Shown here piece after piece: positions 41,575-53,564 of a DNA stretch of 64,000 nt. Below the pieces are notes generated by a model. That model had not been told where the DNA came from and searched no databases. It saw only the letters and a program-made list of their open reading frames with translations. The translations under genes and the position numbers were made by a program. Origin of the DNA: Meyerozyma guilliermondii (lineage: Eukaryota); assembly GCA_051546255.1 (NCBI GenBank), contig CP128822.1, positions 62,001-126,000 on the forward strand, read 5' to 3'. Within the stretch, counting starts at the first letter, position 1; each line of letters opens with the position of its first letter.

Positions 41575-42328
41575 CTATTCTTCTTCAGAAACGTCACTCA
41601 CCACCTCATTGTCCTTCAGCCCTTTATCATCTAATGGAAATATGTGTTTCGTAAGAATCTTGTTCATCTCGAACGCTCCCACGGTTTCTATGTTAGTACT
41701 GAAAACTCAATGTCTCAAGATAACTTACTCTTTTTGAACAATGCTGTCAACTTTTCATCGCAGTTGATCTGCCGTTTATCCTGTGGGTTCTGAAGATCCC
41801 TATCCTTGATATACGCCCACAATAACTTCACCACTCGTGGCCGAGAGCACTTTTCTTCTCCTATCACTTCTTGAAGTTGACTCGAAAGTGCCATTTCTCG
41901 GTTGAAACCCGTCTTAGAAGGCGGTTTCGTGGCACCTGAGTTGTTTGTGGTGGAATTCTTTCGTTTTGGAGCAGCTTTTCGCCGCCCTGGAGTCCGTGAC
42001 AGCATTTCACCTTGAAGCTTTTGCGCCATTATTTCATCTTGTTTTATGATTTCTGCCTTTCTATCCTCCTCACTATCATTCTCCTGGGACCTCCTGCTGA
42101 CAAGATCGTAATACCTGTTCAATATAACGTCATTGATGGCCTTTTTGTTTGGCTGTAAATCTACCGAAAACAATTCTTGAAGCGCATGTCGAATTTTCTT
42201 GACGGTGATCTTTTCAAGATCAGCTACGCTTAGTATGGCCTGTGTTAGCAAGAGAGTAACAATGGACCTCATTGCTTACTTACATCTATGGTAGGTAGAT
42301 ATTCTTTGGGATTGTAATTGTTGTCCAT
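41575..42328 (-). CDS. TRI1: DEK-C + SWIB domain protein (Tri1/Uaf30), three exons (42328-42284, 42239-41729, 41687-41575)
   Basis: Introns 42240-42283 and 41688-41728 both have GTAAGT and CTAAC-x-YAG. The spliced 222-aa protein has YLPTIDAILSVADL and SRPRVVKLLWAYIK..LQNP.DKR.I.CD...FEMNKILTKH. Confidence 0.88.
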
Positions 42329-42417
42329 ATCTTAGAGAGTAAGGCTGAAAGATTTGGGATAATATATGCAGAACTACTATACAGGCCCTATTAACTCCAG
42401 GGCTGGTTTTCCAGTAC

Positions 42418-43011
42418 TCATCTTCCCTGAAGATTTCTCTTGTGCTGCAACTCATTCTTCTTGACGAGCTTCTTTCTCTCAGCACGATTCAACGTACGTG
42501 GATCAATGAGTTCATCGCCTTGATTTTTGGGCTCGTCTTCAACCTCCACAAGCCATTGGTCGTCCAACTCCTTGTTCTTTCCCTTGTATCCCCACTTGGG
42601 CACCCATTGGCCCGTGGCTTCATCGTACACCATCTTTCCGTCCTTGGCCTTGGCCTTAATGCCCTTCTTGGCTGCAAATTGTTCCCATTTCGTAGGTGGT
42701 TTTGGTTTGGGAATTGGCTTTTCTCGAGGAAGCATCGTTGTAGGTTCTGGAAGCTGTGCAAGCGTCATGGTTGAGTCTTGGCCAGTAGACGAGCCATGTG
42801 TGTCGGTAGTGGTCTTCATAGGAAGCGAGAGAATCTGGTTCACGAGAAGCTGAACATTGTCTCTAGTGACGGACTGCAAATACTGTTCCTTGTTCGTTTT
42901 CAATTGCTCATTATCAAGGGGATTGGGGTCGAACGCAGCAAGGTTTCCGAGGTCAAATGTGGTCGGGATAGGCTGGTCCACATGCACAGGCTTATATTCG
43001 GGCTCAGACAT
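42418..43011 (-). CDS. RRS1: Ribosome biogenesis regulator Rrs1
   Basis: DLGNLAAFD, LPREKPIPKPKPPTKWEQFAAKKGI, WVPKWGY. Confidence 0.96.
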   Translation of the reverse strand: MSEPEYKPVHVDQPIPTTFDLGNLAAFDPNPLDNEQLKTNKEQYLQSVTRDNVQLLVNQILSLPMKTTTDTHGSSTGQDSTMTLAQLPEPTTMLPREKPIPKPKPPTKWEQFAAKKGIKAKAKDGKMVYDEATGQWVPKWGYKGKNKELDDQWLVEVEDEPKNQGDELIDPRTLNRAERKKLVKKNELQHKRNLQGR

Positions 43012-43026
43012 GATTTTGTATTCGAT

Positions 43027-43088
43027 GCGATGAGATGAAAAATCCCAGTCGCATCTTGTACGGGAAGACATCCATCACACCCACACAT
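43027..43088. promoter_or_regulatory. PAC, RRPE-like and Rap1-like sites upstream of RRS1
   Basis: GCGATGAG at 43027-43034, TGAAAAAT at 43036-43043, ACACCCACACAT at 43077-43088. Confidence 0.65.
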
Positions 43089-43119
43089 AAGACCTACTCC
43101 TCCATCACCCACTCGGAGC

Positions 43120-45138
43120 CTACTTCTGACTTTGCACCGAGCTTCTCCAGATCCATACCGATACCAACGTCATCACACTGATAGCTGAACCGGCCATTAC
43201 GATATGTTTAAAATTTTCCATGTCCGGGCGATCGGGTTCTTTGACGAGCATCGGCGTTGCCGTAGATGGCATTTTCGCAGCATCCACCAACTGGATGAAT
43301 AACTCATGTAATGACGACGGCCACGACGACGATATATGTAGCGGAGAACTGAGTAGCAAATCTCGAGTGTAGGTCTCGGGCTGTATATCGGAGCGCTGTT
43401 GTTGCTTATCGAGATCCGCTTTTAGAGCAGCAAATACTGATGGGATACCGTTGAGCATAGCGGCATGTTTCTGACGAAGATCCAACAAGTATTGAAATGA
43501 TTCTGGATCAGAAGAGTCGTAGGTATAGCAAATAACATCACATTGATCAAGTCGGCTCTGGTTCAGAAGAATAGCCGGTTCGAGTTCTCCGAGCTCCTCC
43601 AAAATTAAGTAGCATTGTTTTCCACCTCGAAGCTCGATGTCTTTGACTCCCATTTTGGGCGTTATAGTTGGCGAGTAGACATCGCTGTATGTTCCTCTCA
43701 AGAACAGGTGCAAAAGCGAGGTCTTGCCTGATTTGGGAGCACCAACCACAAAGCAGTTGAAGACATTGCGATCGGTAACCGGCTGCCGGTAATAAAGTCC
43801 TTGCTTCTGTCGCTTCTTACGTGCTCTGGTAATCTTTATGGCCTTCATAGAGCTATCGTCGTCGAATCCCAAGTACGCCAAGTACTCCAAAGTGGTTTTG
43901 TAGTCCAAGAAAGTTGTCAAATTCCACTGGGCAAGCCAACCTTGTAACGTTACATAGCCTGCCTCGTTACACACAACGCACGAAGGAAACAGCCATTCCT
44001 GCCACTGTTTTGGTATACCTGGGGTGGGAGAAAACAAGCTTTTCAACTCATCGTCATTCAATCCTCCGTCATTATCTTTGTCAAATTTCAAAAACAAATC
44101 AACCAAAAATTTGTATCCTGTAGGACTGAGTTCGACGCTAGAATTTTGGTTGACTTCAAGAATGGGATACAAGAACTTGTCATTCAAAGAAAGCGAGTCC
44201 GTATAGTGGAACTTGCGAAGAATGTTCCACGTAGTCTCATGGCGTCCTCTTTCGGCGTAAATCTTGTTCAAGATTATAAAGCCGTCTTCGGAAATGAGCT
44301 GTGGTATTTCACCACTGGAGTCAACTTCTGGGTATATCACTTTACTTATAGTTTTGACAATAACACTGAACTCATCTTCAGGCGGAGCAAAACCGAAGCA
44401 TTTGGTGTGTAGATCATTGTACTCTTGAGCATTCAAGTACCCATCCTGGTCCTTGTCACACAAAAAGAATACTCTTTTCAACGCTGCAACCGCTGCTGGT
44501 TTGAGATTTCCCTCCTTAGAATCAAATATAGGAGACATAGGAAACACCACGGCACGAAGACACAAATAAAACGACTCAACAACGTTAAGTCCAGTCTTTG
44601 CACTGCATCGGATACACGCTTCTATTTCTTTAAACTCACTCAAAAGTGGCATGAATTCCTCTGCGTTCTGGGCCTTGGTGGTACTCCCTGGATCCAAATC
44701 AGCTTTGTTAGCAGCAACAACAACCGGCAAGTTGACCCCCATCGACCGAAACATCGGCATCCAATGTAACAAGATCCGTTCGTATGTATAATGGTCAGAA
44801 TAAACGATCCAGATGACATCGGCCCGTTTCAATTCCCGCTGTAATCGAGTTATATCTGACGACGACGTATCAATGATGACCGTAGTGGGTGGGATGCTGT
44901 CCAGGATATCGTTCCCACCACTTTTATCATGTCTCCGGTTCCTGGAGCCCCAAGAACGTATTTTGGTGGAGTGTTTCGGTTCGTTATCTTCTGAAAAAAA
45001 GTCACTTTTTGATATGGTCACCGGAGCTAGAACCTTCTGTAGGTTTGGTGCAGCTTTGCCTTTCACAAATGAGGCAATTAAAGACGATTTTCCAACATTG
45101 TCGTCGCCACAAACCACTATTCGAACACTATCATACAT
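43120..45138 (-). CDS. GEM1: Mitochondrial Rho GTPase (Miro)
   Basis: GDDNVGKSS, EF hands DKDQDGYL and DKDNDGGL, second GTPase GAPKSGKT, C-terminal TM. ATG at 45138. Confidence 0.96.
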   Translation of the reverse strand: MYDSVRIVVCGDDNVGKSSLIASFVKGKAAPNLQKVLAPVTISKSDFFSEDNEPKHSTKIRSWGSRNRRHDKSGGNDILDSIPPTTVIIDTSSSDITRLQRELKRADVIWIVYSDHYTYERILLHWMPMFRSMGVNLPVVVAANKADLDPGSTTKAQNAEEFMPLLSEFKEIEACIRCSAKTGLNVVESFYLCLRAVVFPMSPIFDSKEGNLKPAAVAALKRVFFLCDKDQDGYLNAQEYNDLHTKCFGFAPPEDEFSVIVKTISKVIYPEVDSSGEIPQLISEDGFIILNKIYAERGRHETTWNILRKFHYTDSLSLNDKFLYPILEVNQNSSVELSPTGYKFLVDLFLKFDKDNDGGLNDDELKSLFSPTPGIPKQWQEWLFPSCVVCNEAGYVTLQGWLAQWNLTTFLDYKTTLEYLAYLGFDDDSSMKAIKITRARKKRQKQGLYYRQPVTDRNVFNCFVVGAPKSGKTSLLHLFLRGTYSDVYSPTITPKMGVKDIELRGGKQCYLILEELGELEPAILLNQSRLDQCDVICYTYDSSDPESFQYLLDLRQKHAAMLNGIPSVFAALKADLDKQQQRSDIQPETYTRDLLLSSPLHISSSWPSSLHELFIQLVDAAKMPSTATPMLVKEPDRPDMENFKHIVMAGSAISVMTLVSVWIWRSSVQSQK

Positions 45139-45423
45139 GGCAAATGAGATAAATTCGCAGCCTGTTCGCAGCCTGGTATTTGGTCGCACCCGAACACCCG
45201 TTTCTTTGAAGCAAGTAGTTTGAAATTTCATTGAAACGAAGTTTCTTTGGTTAGTAGCGAGCTGCATTGACATCCCGTGTCAGTAATTTGATCGCCTTGC
45301 TTCCTACGTTACATTTCGACTATATTTTTCTCCGGTACCACTTTCACACCCGTGCACCAGCCACTAGGATTGTCCTAGTTATTAAGCGAAGAATTCCATT
45401 CAAGACATATCAACTAAACAATT

Positions 45424-45750
45424 ATGTGGAGAGGTGTGGTCCGTAGCATACCGAATTCTGCTCTTTTGCCGTCCAGGAGCAGAGGAATAACCTTTAGAAT
45501 GTATAGTTCTGCTCCACCAATGGATGACTACGAGAAGAAGATATTTGAAATTTTAAGCGAAGAATTGAGTCCCAAAAATCTTCTGGTTAGAGACGTTTCG
45601 GGAGGGTGTGGATCCATGTTTGCTATTGAGGTGGAGAGCTCCAAGTTCAAGGGTATTCCCATGATCAAACAGCATCGTATAGTCAACGAGGTGCTCAAAG
45701 ATGAGATTGCAAAATGGCATGGTCTACAATTAAAGACGAAAGGTGTGTAA
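45424..45750 (+). CDS. BOL3: Mitochondrial BolA protein
   Basis: DVSGGCGSMF, KQHRIVN, WHGLQLKT, with N-terminal presequence. Confidence 0.92.
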   Translation: MWRGVVRSIPNSALLPSRSRGITFRMYSSAPPMDDYEKKIFEILSEELSPKNLLVRDVSGGCGSMFAIEVESSKFKGIPMIKQHRIVNEVLKDEIAKWHGLQLKTKGV

Positions 45751-45788
45751 ATAGTGATACTTAGCAAGCCAAAAAATTAAGCTACAAA

Positions 45789-47939
45789 TTACTCCACGAT
45801 TTCCTCCTTCTCCTCGATGATCTCCTCTTTGATTTCCTCGATAACAGTCATCTTGTCTTCCTTCTTTTGGTGTCCTGCAGAGGCATGCTTGGCTCTGTAA
45901 GCTCTCCATTCTTCTAATTGCTTTCTTCTCGTCAAAATGAGTTGTCTGGTGGCAGCATCGGCCTCCATAGCATCGGCTTCTTCGAATTGAGCACTATAAG
46001 TACGCAAGTTCTTTCTCACCTTCTTTCTATCAGCAGCATTCAACATCGAAGGAGGTCTTGGTCTCCACAAGAATTCGTTAAAGTTGTCGATTGACTCATC
46101 TCTCAACATATTACCGGTAAATTCGAACATCTTGTAACCGTTTTCGATGGTGTGGATCCATGAAGATGACCATGCAGCCACAAATCTTCCTGAAGGATCC
46201 CAGGCGAGGTTGGTCATACCAGAAAACTTCTCAGACTTCAACAACTTGACGTTGTTCTTAGATGTAGTCCTAACATTTTCTTCCTCATAAGTGCAGTCAT
46301 AAAACTCCAATTCTCCATTAGATCTTGCCAAAGTTGCAATGACCACAAATCTTCCCTTGGGCGACCAGTACACTGTATTGGAATGCTTATCAACAACAGT
46401 CTCGAATGCCTTGTATTTGGATGAGGTGATGGCACCTCCCTTTGTCTTGGAAGTTTCTGGAGCGTAGAACGCAATGGTGTTTTTGGGGATAGCAGGATTG
46501 AGTGCACCGTCGTCCAATCTAGAAATAGTGACGAATCTATCGGATCTTGGTTCCCATGCAAAATTAATAACCACTTCTTTCAACTCCAATTTTTCCACAG
46601 GAATATCTCTCTCGGTAACTTTAAAGAACTCCAAATTGGAGAATATGGTCTTTCCAGACTTGGTATGACGATCAACCTTCACACACAAATATTTAGCTTC
46701 ATCTTGCCAGTGCATCTTACAGTCACTGACTTGGAACAAGTTGATGGTACGAAGAACTTGTCTGCTAGGTATTTGCATTAAAGCAACTCTGGCGGTTTGG
46801 TTAGAACTTTCTGGAGTCCAATACGACAAGACATGCTCTCCAGGACCATTTTGGCTGCTGGTGTCAAGATAGACAGGAGCTGGAGCCCACTCAAAATCAA
46901 CAATGTCGTCAATCTTGACCAACTTTTTGTCCAAAAGCTGGAAGCTAGGAGTCTCATAGATGGCTAATGCACCCGGTCCTTGACGAGCACAGTACTTGTC
47001 GTCGTGTGACCATTTCACCAATGGCCATGGCATTTCCTTTTGACCTTCCAAATGAGGAGGTAAGGCAAAGGTTCTGGCAGGTTCACTAGTAGCCAAATCC
47101 CAAATAACCAATTTGTGACCATTGCTTTCTGGTCCAAAGGGGTACAGGGCTCTCTCGGCTGGATTTTCAGGAACCTGAATTGGCTGAGGCGACAAGGTCA
47201 CCAAGTATTTTTCATTAGGAGAAAAGTCAATCAACCTCACTTGGGAGTGAATAAATTTGCTGATACTTTCAAACTGAGCACCACCCCATGACTGGATACC
47301 CTGGGGATGGATGGAGAAAAGGTAGGTACCCTTTGGAGAAAATTTGGCATATTTGGAGGTGAAACCCTTTCTTGGTTCAATGACTGGTTCTGGAGACTTT
47401 CTCTTGTTCCAGTAGACACCAAAAGTATCAGAATAATGTAAGCCAATCTGATCACGGCCCTGTTCATCCTGCAACCACGATTTGAGATAACCGTGACTTT
47501 TGAAAGGAGGAATTTCAGGTTCTTTGAACTCAGTAGGCACGTTTCCTTCAATGCCGTATTTCTCAATATCACTCAATTTGTTAACAAGCAATCTGTGCTT
47601 CTGATCCAATTTTTTTCCATGCATTTGTTGGATGGCCGCATCGGCCATTTGGGCAGTTTTGAACTGAATAAACAAGAATCCCTTCGACTTTCCATCTTCT
47701 AATGGCATGTGAATCCCTTCTTCTCCCTCTACAATTTCTCCAACTGTACTGAAAAGCTTTTTCAAAACCTTGATCAACACTGGTACCTTGGCTTCGGGCG
47801 CGATTGGCGCACCATCAACAACGACAAAATTGTCAATTCCAAAGTCTGGCTTGACAGCATATTGCTCTTCCAAGTCGGAAAAGTCAATATCGTCCAACGG
47901 AACCTCTTTTTCGAGTGCTTCGTAGTCGATGTCACTCAT
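45789..47939 (-). CDS. PRT1: eIF3 subunit b
   Basis: RRM (FVVVDGAP...KGFLFIQF), beta-propeller, [16 protein letters not shown] at 47939. Confidence 0.97.
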   Translation of the reverse strand: MSDIDYEALEKEVPLDDIDFSDLEEQYAVKPDFGIDNFVVVDGAPIAPEAKVPVLIKVLKKLFSTVGEIVEGEEGIHMPLEDGKSKGFLFIQFKTAQMADAAIQQMHGKKLDQKHRLLVNKLSDIEKYGIEGNVPTEFKEPEIPPFKSHGYLKSWLQDEQGRDQIGLHYSDTFGVYWNKRKSPEPVIEPRKGFTSKYAKFSPKGTYLFSIHPQGIQSWGGAQFESISKFIHSQVRLIDFSPNEKYLVTLSPQPIQVPENPAERALYPFGPESNGHKLVIWDLATSEPARTFALPPHLEGQKEMPWPLVKWSHDDKYCARQGPGALAIYETPSFQLLDKKLVKIDDIVDFEWAPAPVYLDTSSQNGPGEHVLSYWTPESSNQTARVALMQIPSRQVLRTINLFQVSDCKMHWQDEAKYLCVKVDRHTKSGKTIFSNLEFFKVTERDIPVEKLELKEVVINFAWEPRSDRFVTISRLDDGALNPAIPKNTIAFYAPETSKTKGGAITSSKYKAFETVVDKHSNTVYWSPKGRFVVIATLARSNGELEFYDCTYEEENVRTTSKNNVKLLKSEKFSGMTNLAWDPSGRFVAAWSSSWIHTIENGYKMFEFTGNMLRDESIDNFNEFLWRPRPPSMLNAADRKKVRKNLRTYSAQFEEADAMEADAATRQLILTRRKQLEEWRAYRAKHASAGHQKKEDKMTVIEEIKEEIIEEKEEIVE

Positions 47940-48015
47940 GGTTACAATAGTTTTCACTTGAAAATTTTCATCAACATTTGAAATCACACCCACACACCCA
48001 CACATAGGGAGTCGT

Positions 48016-50241
48016 CTACGACCTATGAAGTTCGGCCCGGAGCTTGGCGTTTTCAATTTCTAGTTCCTTGACCCTTCTTGACGCTTCTCTGTTCTCGTAC
48101 ACACGAGCTTCTCGTTCGGCTTTCCAGCGTGATACCAATTCGTCAATTCTGAGTTTGGCTCGCGGTGATGTCATTGTTGAATCTGATACGGCAGATTGAC
48201 CTTCTTCCAAATCATCTAATTGCTTAGAGAGCGAGTCGTTTGCACGGCTAAGCTCGTCAATTCGTCTCTGTAGTTTAGTCACATAATCGTTGTGCAGTTG
48301 GCTGACTTCTGCTTCTTTGAGAAGAAGCTTTACATGGTCGTTGACGAGCACATCCACAGCTCGAGAAAGATATTTGAACACGAAACGATGACTAGGAAGA
48401 AGTTCGGTAGCCAGACCATGGAAGGTTGCTTGCTGAAGGTTATGAAAGTGTTTCTTGGGATCTTTCAAAGAGGAATCATCGGCGATTTTCTCAAAGGATG
48501 TTAACATTTTCAGAAATTGTTCAACATCGAATTGAACAAGTTGATGTTCGCTATTAGTATCAGGCAGGGCACTCCGCGACTTATAGGTTGAGAGCTTCTT
48601 CTTCAATTGTTCAATGGTCGAAGTAGCGGATTCTTTATCTTCGAGAAGCGATTGAACCTGGTGACTAAGACGGACCTTTTCTGCTCGCAATACACGCTGT
48701 TTCTCTACCGCTTTTTCAAGCTCTTGTTTTGTTTGAAGATCTCTACTTTCTTCATCACGTAGCTTTGTGATCAGCAGACGTAAGCTTGCAATTTGAGAAT
48801 TGAGTGCTGCAATTTTTTGTTGTGATTCTTCTTCCTGAGCTTCGAATTGCAGCACTGCTAACTTGAGGGCTTCTTCAAGTTCTCTCTCCTTTTCTCTTGA
48901 GCCTTCCGAAGCTACTTGAGCACGAAAAGTTTCAAGTTCCGCAGTAAGTTTTTCCACAAGCGAGTGGTGACGATCTAGACGTTTGGATACTGCTGCTTGA
49001 ACATCTTCACCATCTGCATCTAAAATACTTGAATTGGGTTCCTCCAAAGCACTAACTTTCTCAATGATTTGGCGCATGTTGTCCTGTGCCGATTCAGCAG
49101 AAGCCGCTTCTTTTTTGAGCCGTGCATTCAAGGCTGCGATCTCGTCGTTCTGGCTATTCAATAGCTGTTCTATCTTGGCCATGGAACCCAGTAAATGTTC
49201 ATGGATAGCCAATCTGAGCATCAGCACCCTTTCGGAAATAGAAGAAGGCGGAGTTTGGCCGTGTTCACGTATAATAGAGTCCAAAGCATTTTCGTACTGT
49301 GAGTTTGTCGACTTGAGGTTTTCAATATCCTTGTCTTTTTCACGGATCTGTGCTTCGAAAGCCTCAAGACTGGCATAGAGGTCCTCGTTGAGCTTCAAGA
49401 TTTCGTCAAACCGTTCGTCATGGCCAGCAAGTTCCGAGGTGGGCGACGCTAATTCTTGAACAAACGACTGCTCAGCGACATCTAAACCATTTCCGTCGTC
49501 GCGAAGCCGCTGAACCAAGCGGTGAATAAATTGTCGTAAGAGCCGTATTTGTATGCGATAGTCTGTAATCTGTTTTGTGAGTTCGTCTATGCGAGAAACC
49601 GAGTTGACGGAAGCGTCGAATCCATTTCTGACCGGCTTTGTGGGGCTCCACCGATCAGCCAAAGACAGATGAGGTTCATACAGAGGTTCATAAGAAGGTC
49701 CAGATCCAGACAGGGAAGGTCCATATCCAGGTCCAAATTTAGATTGTGGAGAAAATCGACTCAATTCAACCCGATTCAGGTTTGGCGGCTCGAGCCGAGG
49801 AGCACCCGCCAGGAGTGCAAACTTTGGAGCGGACGGTAGCGGTTGTGCTGAGCGTAGTCGGCGCCATGGCGAAACATCCGATTTATCCTGGGGAGAATTT
49901 ACCCGAAGTTGAGCGAGCGACTCTCGCATGCTTGTGAGACTGGAATCCATATCCGTGACATTAGAAAGGTCCAAATCAGACGAGTGTGCTTCTGGGTGAG
50001 ATATGAATGCACTGGACTCAGCAGAGGACGAATGGTTGTCTTGGAACTCGGAAGAGCGGCTATAATTGTCTTGCTTGGAAGTTGAGTGGGATGGTAAAGA
50101 TGATGATTCTGGAAACTTTGACGACAAACTGACTTCACCAGTATGATCAATGGGTCCAGAAGTACTCTCGAACTGGTCCCCTATGTCCAGTTGAGTCTCG
50201 TCAAACTCCATTGAGTCGCGAGTGTCCGGCGGATGGGACAT
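48016..50241 (-). CDS. SPC72: Spindle pole body gamma-tubulin receptor Spc72-like coiled-coil protein
   Basis: CM1-like [18 protein letters not shown], long coiled coils, MASC-like C-terminus [19 protein letters not shown]. Confidence 0.72.
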   Translation of the reverse strand: MSHPPDTRDSMEFDETQLDIGDQFESTSGPIDHTGEVSLSSKFPESSSLPSHSTSKQDNYSRSSEFQDNHSSSAESSAFISHPEAHSSDLDLSNVTDMDSSLTSMRESLAQLRVNSPQDKSDVSPWRRLRSAQPLPSAPKFALLAGAPRLEPPNLNRVELSRFSPQSKFGPGYGPSLSGSGPSYEPLYEPHLSLADRWSPTKPVRNGFDASVNSVSRIDELTKQITDYRIQIRLLRQFIHRLVQRLRDDGNGLDVAEQSFVQELASPTSELAGHDERFDEILKLNEDLYASLEAFEAQIREKDKDIENLKSTNSQYENALDSIIREHGQTPPSSISERVLMLRLAIHEHLLGSMAKIEQLLNSQNDEIAALNARLKKEAASAESAQDNMRQIIEKVSALEEPNSSILDADGEDVQAAVSKRLDRHHSLVEKLTAELETFRAQVASEGSREKERELEEALKLAVLQFEAQEEESQQKIAALNSQIASLRLLITKLRDEESRDLQTKQELEKAVEKQRVLRAEKVRLSHQVQSLLEDKESATSTIEQLKKKLSTYKSRSALPDTNSEHQLVQFDVEQFLKMLTSFEKIADDSSLKDPKKHFHNLQQATFHGLATELLPSHRFVFKYLSRAVDVLVNDHVKLLLKEAEVSQLHNDYVTKLQRRIDELSRANDSLSKQLDDLEEGQSAVSDSTMTSPRAKLRIDELVSRWKAEREARVYENREASRRVKELEIENAKLRAELHRS

Positions 50242-50457
50242 GATGTTTGTTTTGGCGCGCGATGATCTACTGAGCGAAGCGAAGCGAGAAGCGAGATAGA
50301 AGCGGTGTGCGATATAGAAGGGAAGCTATAAGATTGTAGTATTGTGTGTGGTATTTGAATGTAGAATTGGGATTGTAGTATTGTGAATGTAGGGGTCGAT
50401 ATAATAGCCGTCACTTCACAATCTCTTTACTCGATATTCCTGATCTCCTCCATTCAT

Positions 50458-51204
50458 TCATTCCTCCATTTCTTCGTCATCTTCTGCCAATTGAATCGCC
50501 TCCTTCAACAAGTCTTCAGGTACAAACTCGTGCAATCCATTGGTCATCTCTACGGAACACCATGAGATCTCCAACTCGTAATCTTTGTCCTTGTTATCCT
50601 CATGTGCCTGACGAATGATTTTGGCCGCAACCTTAACCGCTTCACGTACCGTCAACGTCTCAAAATCCAATTTTTCCAACTCACTTTTCGCAATTTGACG
50701 GCCCTTACCGGTGGCTGCACCCGTGTAGCCCCAGCACGTTCCACTGGGCTCAATCATATACAAATGTGGCCCATTGTCATCCACTCCACCTACAATACCA
50801 ACAATTCCAAACGGCCTCACCGAGTTGTAACAAGTGTAATTTTGCACGTAGATCCCCAATCTATCCATCAAATGGGGAACAGAAATACGGTTTTTGAAAA
50901 TAGACTTGAATGATTGTGCTTCGTCTCTGCCTCTATTGACAAAATGACGTCCATCGGGTAAAAGCCCCGAGTAAGCAACACCAATGTGCCTGTCTATGGT
51001 CTGTATACGCTTGTTTTTTCCTGGTACCAAAAGCTTTGAATTGGTGATTTTTTCCACCGCCAAAACGATGCCATCTTTACATTTAAGTCCAATAGAAGTG
51101 CCTCCATTTTCCACTGCCTTCATGGCATATTCCACCTGGAAGTTGCGTCCATCCGGCGAGAAAACACTGTTGGACAAGTCATAACCCGTACCAATTGACG
51201 TCAT
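50458..51204 (-). CDS. PRE10: 20S proteasome alpha7 subunit
   Basis: MTSIGTGYDLSNSVFSPDGRNFQVEYA. Confidence 0.98.
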   Translation of the reverse strand: MTSIGTGYDLSNSVFSPDGRNFQVEYAMKAVENGGTSIGLKCKDGIVLAVEKITNSKLLVPGKNKRIQTIDRHIGVAYSGLLPDGRHFVNRGRDEAQSFKSIFKNRISVPHLMDRLGIYVQNYTCYNSVRPFGIVGIVGGVDDNGPHLYMIEPSGTCWGYTGAATGKGRQIAKSELEKLDFETLTVREAVKVAAKIIRQAHEDNKDKDYELEISWCSVEMTNGLHEFVPEDLLKEAIQLAEDDEEMEE

Positions 51205-51319
51205 CTAATCAATGGGTTTTAGTGGCAATTGATTGAGGTGTTGGCGCTCAATCCCACTGTCGCACACCCGTGCACCGGGATCTAAAAGAGATATGAGATT
51301 TGGAACTAGAGACGCGAAC

Positions 51320-52549
51320 ATGGCCGTGAAGTTCAAATGGCCCATACTAGGGGTGATAGTAAGTAACAAGAAGAAGAGTATCAGAGTGAGAGAAGATTGC
51401 TTTGTTTCTGAAAAGAACTACAAAATATACTAGAAGTGAACCAAATATGAAACAAAGTGGTATCATTCATTATTGTTTTTCACTTTGTCTTTCAATTTAT
51501 TGATCTTGTTATACTTCTAGTCTTCCCAACTTTCTTTCCCTTTCTTATTTTCTACTAACCAGATACCATGTCTTCTCATAGCCTCGCTTGCCTATGGGTC
51601 TCATTTCTTTGTATTTTCTCATCATATGTCCCAATCTCAACAGATTAGGTACCAAATTTATGTCACCATGGTATGGATATCGTACGCCGTGGCCATTGTG
51701 AAACTGCCAGGATCTCCTCCGCAAACCTACACTCCTGAACGTGGTCACTGGAAACGATGGTGCTACAAGTGCAAGGTTCAGAAACCACCCAGAACTCACC
51801 ATTGCAAGTCATGCAACAAATGTGTGCTTCAAATGGACCATCATTGTCCATGGACTCTTAATTGTGTTGGTCATGGAAACTTGCCTCATTTTCTTCGCTT
51901 TCTCGTGTGGGTGGTGTTCACTGCGGCCTATACTTTTGTCAAGCTTTTTCAGCGAGCTATATCATTCTATCATGATCGAAACTTACCCATGTACCTCACT
52001 AACAAGGGCGAAATGGTAGCGGTGATATTTCTTCTTCCACTAGTCGGATTTATCTGGTTGAGTGTGCTGATCCTCCTCATACGATGCGTAATTCATGTGG
52101 TTACAGGCACCACTCAGATAGAGGCATGGGAAAAAGAACGCATAGAAAATCAAGTAACGACACAAAGGTTTTGGGATAAAGTAGGTGATAACTATAAACT
52201 GTGCCATGGCCGAGAATTGCCTAAACTAGAATCGTGGATTCGTCCAGGAAGCCCTATGAGAGCCGATGACATCATTTTCCCCTATGACCATGGGTTTTAC
52301 AAAAACACAGTCAATGCATTGGGTCCACCTTGGAAATGGCTTCTTCCATGGAGCGGACCCTCAACTGATGGTATACATTACGAAATTAACTACGATGAAC
52401 AACTCGATCTTCCATGGCCCCCAGATGGTGGTTTCAAAAGCGGAGGTGAGCCACATGTATATAGAGACAACAGCTCCGAATGGACCAACGATATGGGTGA
52501 GACATTGCAAGACTACGGAGTTGACATAGCCGCCGAAGCTAGTTCTTAA
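51320..52549 (+). CDS. PFA4: DHHC palmitoyltransferase, two exons (51320-51358, 51563-52549)
   Basis: Exon 1 MAVKFKWPILGVI. Intron 51359-51562 (GTAAGT...TACTAACCAG) is in phase. KPPRTHHC..C..CVLQMDHHCPW, PYD.G, WPPDG. Confidence 0.93.
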
Positions 52550-52872
52550 TGGAGAGTCATTGGCAGTTCGTTCTGCAGTTGGTTGCGTCGGACCACTTTC
52601 AGGTGCATTGATGCAACGACTTTTCAGAGCAGTTTCCAGATAATTCTACCGCCATCAATGCCTCGCTGCTTGATTCAAGACTCAAGACCCACAAACGAAA
52701 AGCCACACTTTTACCGGACCAATTGTCTTGGTACCCCACCAGATAGACCCCGTGCCACAAGTTGCCCATTGCACCGGAAAGTGGCTCATGGCACGTGACA
52801 AGTGGTGATTCTGCAAGATAAAAGCCAGAGGTACGCTGTCGTGAAAAATTACCTTTATTCTTATTTACCAAT

Positions 52873-53547
52873 ATGTCTGAACACACCACCTTGCGTTTGG
52901 GCTCCACTGCCCCAGATTTCGAAGCTGATACTTCCAACGGACCAATTTCTTTCCACGAGTTCATTGGCGACAACTGGGTCGTTTTGTTCTCTCACCCAGA
53001 CGATTTCACCCCAGTCTGTACCACAGAATTGGGTGCTTTCGCCAAATTGGAGCCAGAATTCACCAAGAGAGGCGTCAAGTTGATCGGTTTGTCCGCCAAC
53101 GGTACCGAGTCTCATAAGGCTTGGATCAAAGACATTGATGAGGTTACCGGTTCCAAGTTGTCGTTCCCCATCATTGCTGACCCAGAAAGAAAGGTTGCCT
53201 TGAAATACGACATGATCGACTACCAGGACGCTTCCAACGTTGATGACAAGGGTGTTCAATTCACTATCAGATCCGTGTTCGTCATTGACCCCAAGAAGAA
53301 GATCAGATTGATCTTGGCTTACCCAGCTTCTACTGGTAGAAACACCGCTGAGGTTTTGAGAGTTGTTGACTCGTTGCAAACCGGTGACAAGTACAGAGTC
53401 ACCACTCCTATCAACTGGGTTCCAGGAGATGATGTTATCGTGCACCCCACTGTTTCCAATGAGGAAGCCAAGACTTTGTTCCCCAAGTTCAGAATCATCA
53501 AGCCATACTTGCGTTTGACTCCTTTGGAGGTTGGAGAGCAAAAGTAA
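52873..53547 (+). CDS. PRX1: 1-Cys peroxiredoxin (no mitochondrial presequence)
   Basis: FSHPDDFTPVCTTE and YPASTGRN. An in-frame stop upstream excludes an N-terminal extension. Confidence 0.95.
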   Translation: MSEHTTLRLGSTAPDFEADTSNGPISFHEFIGDNWVVLFSHPDDFTPVCTTELGAFAKLEPEFTKRGVKLIGLSANGTESHKAWIKDIDEVTGSKLSFPIIADPERKVALKYDMIDYQDASNVDDKGVQFTIRSVFVIDPKKKIRLILAYPASTGRNTAEVLRVVDSLQTGDKYRVTTPINWVPGDDVIVHPTVSNEEAKTLFPKFRIIKPYLRLTPLEVGEQK

Positions 53548-53564
53548 GTGTATATTAATGAAGA

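Noticed and set aside
51221..51229. Rpn4/PACE-like AGTGGCAAT near PRE10
   Set aside because: Imperfect match only 17 bp from the ATG; insufficient support.
52861..53541. 226-aa antisense ORF over PRX1
   Set aside because: In-register antisense shadow caused by strong codon bias; non-ATG start.
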